Source: Eledone cirrhosa (taxonomy: Eukaryota). Taken from it: DNA of 64,000 nucleotides. Positions 53,763-64,000 of this stretch are shown here, piece by piece. The stretch is from NCBI GenBank assembly GCA_964016885.1, contig OZ024747.1:43710001-43774000 (forward strand), in the 5' to 3' direction. Under the pieces are notes generated by a model. It was not told the origin of the DNA, searched no databases, and saw only the letters and a program-made list of their open reading frames with translations. The translations under genes were made by a program, and so were the position numbers. The first letter of the stretch is position 1, and every line of letters starts with the position of its first letter.

Positions 53763-54849
53763 CTAACAACATATCTGCATACTGACATCAACTTTTAAAA
53801 TGGACATTTGTACCAATTTTCAAAAAGAAAAAAAAAAAAAAAAATTCCATAATTTCACACTGATGCACACACACACACACACACACACAAACGCCAAGCT
53901 AGCTCAATACAAAGATAGGAAATAAATTTATGATTTCTGTTTTCATTCAAATTATATATAGACATGCATATATGAGCGTGCATACTGACTTCTATGCACA
54001 GAAGCATACACTCACATTGGAACAGTAAATAAAAATGAACATTGAAATATAATTTACATTTTTTTTGTATACTGACAAGGTGGAGATATCTGTTATATAT
54101 TTTTTGTTTGTTTTTGTATTTTTTTAATATATATTTAATTTCCAAGGTGCTTCTTGGTCTTCAGAAGTTCCTGCCATGGTCTTATAAGATTCTGATGAAA
54201 AGCTTCTAGCCCCTTTTGCTTTAGCTTGAAGCATTAGAAATTTTCAAAGAGAAAAGAATTTATAGAGAATATAAAGAGCCCTGCCTTGTATGTTTACCAT
54301 GATATTTGTCATTTTTGTTAGCAGTTCAGTTAAAGACATCTTTGTTTGCAAGATGCCTTATTATTATATGTTTAATAAGAAGGGTGCAAGCACAGCTCTG
54401 CTGTTGTGAAATACTCTGAAAAACATCAGTTTTGACAACTCTTCATGAATCTATTATCACATCCTTGCACTTTATAAAATAAAAGTTTTTTTTTTTAGTT
54501 TTTTTTTTACCTGTCTACAATTTCCATTCTGGAGAAGAAAAAAAAATTGCATTTCTCCCATAGCAATCAGAATGATAAAAGTAATATTAGTGTTATTAAT
54601 CATAATCTTAGTATTATACAATTTTGTTGTTTTTTTTTTAATGATTTTTTTTGTTCTTTTTTTGTTATAAAATAAAGAAAGTTATTTTTTCTTTCCCTAC
54701 AACCACCAAAAAAGCAGAGGAACCACTAAAAGCATACAGAGAATTTGCAGATACAATATCACCATTTTAATTTACTGCTAATATCTGACCCGTATTAAGC
54801 ATTTTTATAATGTTTTTTAATGTTTTGTTATGTGTGCATATATGTATGT

Positions 54850-55097
54850 GAAAATATATATATATATATATATATACTAAACATATATGCGTGTATATAT
54901 ATATATATATATATACTAAACATATATGCGTGTATATATATATATATATATATTAAACATATATGCATGTATATATATATATAAATACATACACATAAAC
55001 ACGTATATATATATATATACTAAACATATATGCATGTATATATATATATACATACATACATAAACATTTATATATGCTTATATATATATATATATAT

Positions 55098-55143
<46 letters not shown>

Positions 55144-55250
55144 GTGTGTATATAGTCTGTGCAAATATATATATATATAAGTGTATATACTTACATATAC
55201 ACATATATATGCAAACACTTGCATCATATGTATACATATATGCATGTGCA
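54850..55250. repeat. TA-rich minisatellite ((TA)nCTAAACATATATGC units)
   Basis: Directly visible. Confidence 0.85.
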
Positions 55251-56072
55251 CAAACATAATAGTCGACTTTTCAATCCATTTATCCACAGTTACGTACATG
55301 ATATACATACATGCTTACAAACGTGGAATTTGTTTCCATTTTCCTGAGTAGCAACTTAAAATGATGTTTTGTTCACAATTAAAACTACAGCCAACATTGG
55401 AATTTACTTTGGAAAGGGGTAGGGCATTAACCAGTGATCAGGAAATTAGGATAAAAGAGTGGGAAATCATTAATTTTTTTTAAAGTATACAGTTATCTAA
55501 ATCAAGAAAGATTGTAGTAAATAAAAAAAAATGTTATTAGAAATAAAAAAAAAAAAAAAAAGGAAAAGAAAACATGAACAGAACTATAGGTATTTTGTGT
55601 ATATAGAGATTATAAAGGAAAGGGAGACAATTCAACTTGAATATCTAGCTATGTCTAAAGAAAGGGACATAAAATAAAGGGGGTAGGTGGTAGGTGTAGC
55701 ACATGTTCCACAGATTACAATATGTACATATTTAACTACAAAAGAAAGGGGTCAACAAACAGTGCTCAAAAATGTAAGCCACAGAAAAAGTACTATTACA
55801 CTTCCTTGTAACACAGGTGATAAAAATTTTAACCTAGAGGTGAGAAGTTTAACTAACATACAAATCAATAAGTATGAAGGTATAGAAAAAGATCAGTAAT
55901 TCTCCATACATGTCTAAATTATTTCATTTCTTACAAAATCTTTACATCATTTTTCTTTTTTCTTTTTTCAAAATACATGTTTGGTTGTCATGCACTGAAA
56001 TACTTAGGTTTTAATACAGTTTGGCTCAGAACATTCTACATTGCAATAGATATTCTGGTTTACACACACATG

Positions 56073-56110
<38 letters not shown>

Positions 56111-56281
56111 AATGTATGCATGTATATAATTTTATTTTTTCTGAGCAAATAGAGAAGAAAATATAAACACTAGTAAAACTTAAAAAGAAATCACATAAAA
56201 TAAAAGATGAGAGCTTCAGCTGCACTCGTATACTTATAAGAGAACAAAAAAAAATTATATATATATACACACACACACACA

Positions 56282-56328
<47 letters not shown>

Positions 56329-59300
56329 TATATATAATATATTATATATAATATATTATATATATACACACACACACACACATATATATTTAAACTTATT
56401 GTGTGTATAGCCATACACACATTACATATATACATACACACTTGAGAGTATATATACATATACACACACATACATGATCACATCAAGTGATTTTTATTGA
56501 ATAAGAGAATGTTTGGTTAACTACAAAATTATGAAATTATATGTTCATGTATATTACACCAAAGTAACAATGAGAAAGGATCACATATTTTCGAAAAAGG
56601 GGAACTGAAATTTTAATTCCCATGTCTTTTTCATATTCAGATATACAAACTTCTTTTATCAATCATTTAGCATTATCATTCTGATAATCTAAATGTCAGA
56701 TTTCCAATGGAAATCAATTCGTCTATGATTTCATATCTAAGGGATTTAAAATTTGTTTTCCTTTGGTACAAAGAAAAAAATTTCTACACAGGTGCCAACT
56801 CACACAGTTCTGCCACCTCACACTGGTTCGAGATTGTTGTCATCTGCAGTTAAGTTGATGCAGAATTTTAAGTTAATGAAAATCTGGGACATTTTGTGCC
56901 AAAATTTTTGAATAAAAATTAACAGTCAATAAAATGAAATTAAGCTTAATTTGAAAGTTCTCTGACAGCCACCTAGCAAATTCTACTGATTTCTAGTTTT
57001 ATTGTGTAAAATTATGTGTGGTTATTATTAAAATGTGAAACTTAATATAAAACAATTTAGTTAAAACAAATGGGGGGAAATTTAAATCTCTCCAATTTTC
57101 ATTTAAAAAATATACGAAATAAACTGAAATAAATGGAAAAAAATTCACAAAATGGAAACTTCTCTTCATTAGTTATTGAACATAAAAGTATTATAAGTAC
57201 TTCATATATACCTTCATGCTCCAACAATTGTTTCCATAAATGAGGTAGAACGAATATGAATACAGATACAGGTCATCTTGTTAGTCAGGCTATTAATAAC
57301 AATGGATAGAGAAGGTGGGGAGAGAGAAAGAATGTTGAATTAGAAATGAAAAGAGAGCAATTTTAAATAGCCTCTCTTATCTATATTTAGTTTTGCTCAA
57401 ACATCAATAAAAGCAATGCATCAATGGCAAATATTGAGTCTGTGATTGAAATTGTTTTTTTTTTTTTTAAGTTAAAGTTCTGAAGAAAGCTGATAAAATG
57501 GTAAGCATAATCTAATTAGAAACCCACTCTCTAATATGACACTATGCAGATAAAAGATTTTTTCTGTATTACTGTATTATAAAGATATTAAAATATATAA
57601 CAAATATTTTAATATGACAAAACAAAAAACAACAAACAAACAAAAAAGAAATATAGGAGACTAATAGTAAATGGAGTTATTTTGTAGATAAATTCTATTT
57701 AACACACAGCTTTTTTTTAGTCATAAAACTGAGTGTATAAATGTATGTATGTAGGTTGTATATCTGATGAACTAGAATTAAAATATGTATAAACAAACAT
57801 TAAATTGTAGCAAAAGCAAATGTACTGACATTATTCAAATATAACATTATAAAGTATCTGATATTTAATCATATAGGATGATATTAAATTATTTTAAGAT
57901 AACAGATGGATTTTTTTGTCTATCCAATTAGGTTTTTAAAATACAAACAGCTTAGGATAAATAGTTTATATATTTGATGAAATAATAGTTAATAAAAAAA
58001 AAGAGCATAAAAGATATATGTAATTTTGTGTGTGTGTTTGTTTTAAATTAAACAAAGCAATATGCTATTAATTTCCTTTTATAAACATATTTATGGATAT
58101 TGCATAGAAAAGCAAGAAATAAGAGCAATTAAATGAGGAGCCCTACGTTGGAAGTCCTTTTTTCAATTATAGTTATGAACAATATTTTCAACTATGAAAG
58201 GAAATTTGATAGTGATAACATCCTGCAAAGTATGTATTTTCCTTGCAGATATATTAAAGGAGCTTGCTTGCCATAAAAAAAGGAGATATTTCAATAATGA
58301 TGTCTCTAGTATGATACATGGAAATTAAATATATCCATAATAGATTTAGTGCAATCAATAAGATCAGAGAATTTACATCTGGAAATGCCAAGGAAATGTT
58401 TGAAATAAAAAAAAATCTAATTTTAAGATATTTTATTTAATGTTATTCTCCTATAATTGTTTCATTTTGCTTTTGGCTTGACTGTGATAGTATTAAGTAA
58501 CATAAATAGCTAAATAAAGACTTTATTTTCTTATTACACTTGATCTAAACAAAACAGTTAAATTGTGGTCTCAAGTGTAACAGAGCCTTGATATTTACTG
58601 AGTATCTTCACAATGTTGAATTGATTAAGATTCATTTTTCTATATTAATCTTAGTGGGGAGATATTTGAAAAGTTTGGATATTTCAAGGTTCTTTGCTTT
58701 AGAGCACAATACAATGGATAGTTGCAGATTAGGCAACATAAAGAACAATATATATAAATGAGACTGTTATTGCTCCAATCAGTCCACAAAACACTTAGCA
58801 TACACACCCTAAACTGAACAATAACCTGCACTAACTCCTGCTAACAAACCCACAAACCACACTCCAATATATATATTCCATGCTTAATATTGTTTATATA
58901 GTAGAAAAATTATAACATTTTAAAATGAAGTTAAGATATAAAACAATTCACAGAAGGTGTTTTAGTATTTAGATTTGTATAGGTTTGACTGAAATATTTA
59001 TTCTTAGTACTTTATTGATTAAAACTAAAAAGAAATTCCTCAACCATATCAGTTAGGTAAAAATTAAACACTTCCACACAGAAAATAAAAATAATTTCTG
59101 GGTGTGAGATTATAGGGATATTATCAAGGAAGAGAAATTTGGGATTGTTCTATGAGACAACCATATATTACCAGATAAATAGAATTTCTAAGTAAAATTA
59201 AACATTCTTAAAAGTATCGTTTTGAAATTTTGAAATGAATCTCCATATATTTCTTAAGGCTGTGGATGTTGTATAGCAAGTTATATTTCATTAAAAATAA

Positions 59301-61045
59301 ATAAAGTTTTAGTGAAAATAATTACAATAGCTAAAGTTGAAAAATAGAGCTTCTTGCTAAAACTTAATAGCAAATTTAATTCAGGGTTGAGTTTATTAGG
59401 TAAACACTTCTGAGTTAGGTATGAAGCCTCCTTCAGTTATTAAAATCTTGCACAAAAAGATAACATAATGCCTACAGTCAAATATGAACTAAAAAAGATA
59501 CTTTAGTTTGTAACTTAGTACATTACCTATTTAGCTAAAGAAAAGTAAAACATACACACATAAGTTGGCTGAGAAATACTAATCAATAATAATAAAATCT
59601 ATGGATTGGCTATAGATTCTTTATTAGAAAAGGAAAATATTTGAACATTTCTTATCTATTGGCTGAGATTTCTAAAATATATTTCTGCCAAAAGATCTGA
59701 CTGAAAACGAGCCAACTAAGTAACATGATACTAAAAGGTTTCTTTCTAAGTGTATGCAAAGCAATATTTTAGTCTATGATTAAGTAAATAAACAATGTGT
59801 CAACATGAATGACTAACAGATTACTATAAAATAAAGCTGTTACTACAATTAATTTTGTAGTATTTTATACAATTTTCACAGTATCATGGTGAAAACAATT
59901 TCAGAAGGTTTTATTTCTCAATGAGCCAAAGTTTCTGATCTGGTTTCAAAGCTCAGTTGGATATCATTGAAACCTGTTACACCCAGAGGAAAAAGGATAA
60001 ATAGAATAAGTTTCACTCTCTTTTTTTCTTCTAAAATCTGCAACATGATCATTCACATAGTGATGGATATTGCTGATTACGATGTGATATTTGATTTATC
60101 ACAGCTATGTTGAATAATTAAATTCTAATATATTATACACACACACATATATATTATATATTATATATATATATATATAGTTCACAGAAATAGGTATTGA
60201 TATTTGGCAGATTGAATCTAAAATTTTACATAAAATCTCTCCAAAGTCGGATATTCTTTTCGCTTTGATTTTAATTTTCTGTTTTCTATTCCAGGCATCT
60301 GAACATTTGCATACATTCTTTGATCAATTATTTTATGACTGACTATTTTACTCAGTACCATTAAATAGAACCTAATTTATGGCTAGGTAAACCGAAAGAA
60401 ATAGTTTCATATAAGTTACTGTCATAATCTGGTGTCTGTTACATGATCTGGACCTGAGGCTGCATCTTATCTGGCACTATCATAGTGTTTAATGTTTTGT
60501 AAATTACACTTAAAAACACAGAATAATATTAAGAAAAACGTAATACACTTGAATACAATAAAGATGTGCTTGGGAAGTACCATACTAATGATGACTGAAC
60601 TAAATCTTGAGAAGAGTATTTTAAGTGTATTTTAATATCATCAGAAAGTGCTTTCATAATGCCTGCCCATTACTGATTGATGTCTTTAAGATGTAGGGAG
60701 GCTCCTTATACTATCTACCAAATACTGACACAACCATGAACAAAATGGAAAAAATAATAGGGAAATAGTAAACAAAATAACAGATCAATTTATTTTCAAC
60801 AGAACTATTTAATGCATAAATAGAAAGTCTAATTTTAGTTTGTTGATTATGTTAACTTACTTGCTAAATGATATATGATATTACTATGCATTGAATTTAT
60901 TTTGGAAATTGCTCCATTATCAGAAATTAATATTTCATGAAGCTCACAGTAAGTACTAAAATGTAAACCAGAGGATATAGTGATGTTGTCAACTTCACTA
61001 ACACCAATATAATATCTATTGAATGCAATGCTTATCATAATATAT

Positions 61046-61091
<46 letters not shown>

Positions 61092-62257
61092 ATTAAATAA
61101 CGAGTTGGCGATAATTTGTTATAAAATGAAATTCTCATATTTCTCTTAAAACTATTTTGAATACTTTTCTATAATTATAAATAGAAAGGAAGTAAATTAT
61201 TAATATATTAATTTACAATAGTTATTTATAGCAATGTACCTATTTAAAACACTTTAAGGGGGATTACTAATATTTCAGAGTGTAGTAACTCAAGTAAACA
61301 CTATGAAATTACTACATAATGAAATACTATAGGAAAGAAGAATAACGAATAAAGAAACTTCAAAAAAATTAAAAAAACAACTTGCCTAATGATTTTAATT
61401 TTGATAGTTCTCAGAAGCATAATTAATGTAGTTAATAAATATTGATTTGTTTATTTAATATGGATGCACTTATGAGAGTTGCCCACAAAAAAAGAAAAAA
61501 GAAAAAAAAAGAAACAGTGGAAAAATATTTTAAATGAAAATAAAGATAAAAAAAATGGAAGTTTTTTTTTAAAAGAATAACGCTTAAAACATTAATTATA
61601 GAAAATGATAAAGAAATATTCCATAAGATTGAAAAGTATGATTTAAAAAGTGTAATAATACTTTGAAAACATACCATATAATAATATTCAATAACAAAAA
61701 CAATAATACTAACAACAATAACAACAACAAAAACAACAATGACAATTTGAAGGAAATAGACTTTAAAAAAAAAAAAGACAAAGAAAATGCAGATGAAGTT
61801 GGGTAAGATATTTAAAATCAAGACCAAGTGCATTCATTTTTGATTTTCACGAGAAAACTAAAAACAACAATATTCAGTCGTGTATTTCAATTCTTATTGT
61901 GAAACTAAACTGCTTTGAGGGGAGGATTTGGGGCAATAACAATTGAGAAAAATCAAAACGAAACATAAAAAAAAACAAAAAAATTCCCTACACAATATAA
62001 TGAAAAAAAAACTAAAAAAAAAAACAACTAAAAAAAAAAAACAACAACCTTTAGATTGTTCATCCTTCAAATTGTTATGTATTAAAGTTATTTTGAAATA
62101 AAAAAGAAAATATAAATAGGAAAAAACAAACAAAAACAAACAATGACAGACCAATAATCAGTATCATTTAAGTTTTAAAGAGGTTATTTCACTGAAGATA
62201 ATCCTTTACTAAAATTATCCTAGATTTAGAAATTAAAAGAAAAAAAATCAAATTGAT

Positions 62258-62303
<46 letters not shown>

Positions 62304-62403
62304 AAAAAAAAAATACAGGCAAAGAGGAGAGTCTGTGTGGTTACTAAAAATAAAGTGTTAGAAGGTAATTGGGATGTAAGCAAGAGGAGAAAGTTTCCCT
62401 TTG

Positions 62404-62585
62404 AGGAAAAGAGTCAGGACCCCAACGGCTGAGCTCTGGCCATTACGACAGCTAGATCTAGCTGTCAAAATGGCCAGAGCTCAGCCGTCGGGGTCCTGAT
62501 CTTTTCCTATTACCCACTCTACTACCCTAAGTATCAAGTACTCTGGTGTGTTATGGTCCACCTGGCTCCTTACCACACTTTCTTC

Positions 62586-62590
<5 letters not shown>
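62404..62590 (+). repeat. Palindromic dispersed element (family P), copy 2
   Basis: Near-perfect loopless palindrome 62404-62508 centred on AGCTAGATCTAGCT, then a unique flank running into (TA)n. Confidence 0.88.
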
Positions 62591-62649
<59 letters not shown>

Positions 62650-62687
62650 TTTATGTATCAGTTGAGCTAGAGCGAGAAATAAAATTC

Positions 62688-62725
<38 letters not shown>

Positions 62726-63127
62726 TATATGATTAAGTAAATCCGCTATTGCTATTTTATATACTTAAAATTAAAAAGGAAAAAACAGGAACAATAATAA
62801 ATACCAAAATTTAGTTGCCGTTTGAGATATAAACTTAAGAATTTAAGTGGAAATAACCATTTTCTATTGAGAGTGTTAGTTAAAATTATGACAAGTTATA
62901 TAACAAATTTATAGTTATATCTGCCTTTGTATGTTTATATGTTGGTGTGGGGAGTTAGCACATTAATGTAGTGAGCAAAAAACAAAGAAAAATGTTTCTT
63001 CTTATTTTATGAGTATATGACACTTTTTGACCCCAAATATGATGACAAAATCCACTTGCATACAAATAGAAATATATATAGTAGTAATAATTCTGAAGAC
63101 CAACATCCGAAGTGGGCTCGATAAGGA

Positions 63128-63169
<42 letters not shown>

Positions 63170-63172
<3 letters not shown>

Positions 63173-63590
63173 CACGAAGTATTTCCACATGCAAAAATGA
63201 GTCCACAATACTATACATAGTAGAAACTAATCTTTTCTTGATTAAAGCCAAGTATAAGTCTCGTCACTCTGAAAGTTCCACCCGTGTCCTCACAGAGTCA
63301 TCAGACAAGACACTTATCCTCTCTGATGATCCCCTGAGTTCAGAGGAGAAACTCTTGAGTACTAAGACTCAAATTTGACCTAAATAAAGAACAGATTATA
63401 CATATATATATATAATTGGTGTTAGAAAATCTGCTTCGTAGAATCAAGACGTATCTGAGCACCTTGCGATTTTCAGAGTCAGGTTCGATCATCACATCTA
63501 TCGTGCCTCGAGCTGGTCGCCAGAGAAACGAGTGTAATATGTCCAATAAATTCCATTCGTCGCAACACTGATTCTCTTTTTTTCTGTGAT
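63170..63590 (+). mobile_element. Probable Penelope-like terminal fragment containing a hammerhead core
   Basis: CpG-retaining block between (TA)n tracts, with CTGATGA-stem II-GAAA at 63323-63351 followed by AATAAA. Confidence 0.5.
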
Positions 63591-63796
63591 ATATATATAC
63601 ACACACAACTATCATATTTATGTACAGGCAGGTTCTTGATTTCAAATTTGGAGTTAAAGAAGTACATTTTATAAAAAAAGAAAAAAAAAACAGCAAAATA
63701 ATTAAAATAGTAAATATGCGAGTTCAGAATATAACTTGAGTTAACTCTTATTAAAAAAAAGCAGTATATGCATATATATACACATATATGAATATT

Positions 63797-63828
<32 letters not shown>

Positions 63829-63914
63829 CATACACATATATTCATATATGTACACACACACACATATATATATGTACACACACATATATATAAACACACA
63901 CATATATATAAACA

Positions 63915-63964
<50 letters not shown>

Positions 63965-63967
63965 CAT

Positions 63968-63999
<32 letters not shown>

Positions 64000-64000
64000 G

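Noticed and set aside
60065-60120. miR-2-like hairpin (TATCACAGC)
   Set aside because: Only about 7 bp pair and the 3' part does not match miR-2/13, so it is not a pre-miRNA.
61432-62154. Hydrophobic Phe/Val-rich minus ORFs
   Set aside because: They result from T-rich low-complexity sequence, not a membrane protein.

Overview
This is AT-rich eukaryotic genomic DNA. It is very probably from a coleoid cephalopod (octopus-like), inferred from the tRNA-derived SINE families, the RTE/Dong-R4/Penelope/Tx1 LINE mix and the extreme density of (TA)n, (CATA)n, (CAC)n and (GT)n microsatellites. I found no host protein-coding gene I can support, and almost all supplied ORFs are microsatellite or transposon artefacts. 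Positions 1-29.5 kb are crowded with retroelement fragments, SINEs, TTAA-flanked MITEs and minisatellites. Positions ~29.5-62.3 kb are transposon-poor and strand-asymmetric, like a long intron or 3' UTR of a minus-strand transcript. Five signals stand out: (1) a Penelope-like element with inverted pseudo-LTRs carrying an apparently complete minimal hammerhead ribozyme with a U3-A8 covariant core; (2) several other hammerhead/Penelope-like hairpins sitting in (TA)n; (3) two R4/Dong-type RLE retrotransposon ends that both terminate in (CATA)n; (4) a SINE family with two alternative 3' tails, one identical over 43 nt to a local RTE LINE end; (5) a 76-bp minisatellite whose substitutions are all G/A on one strand. 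All family names come from motif recognition by eye, not from database searches.
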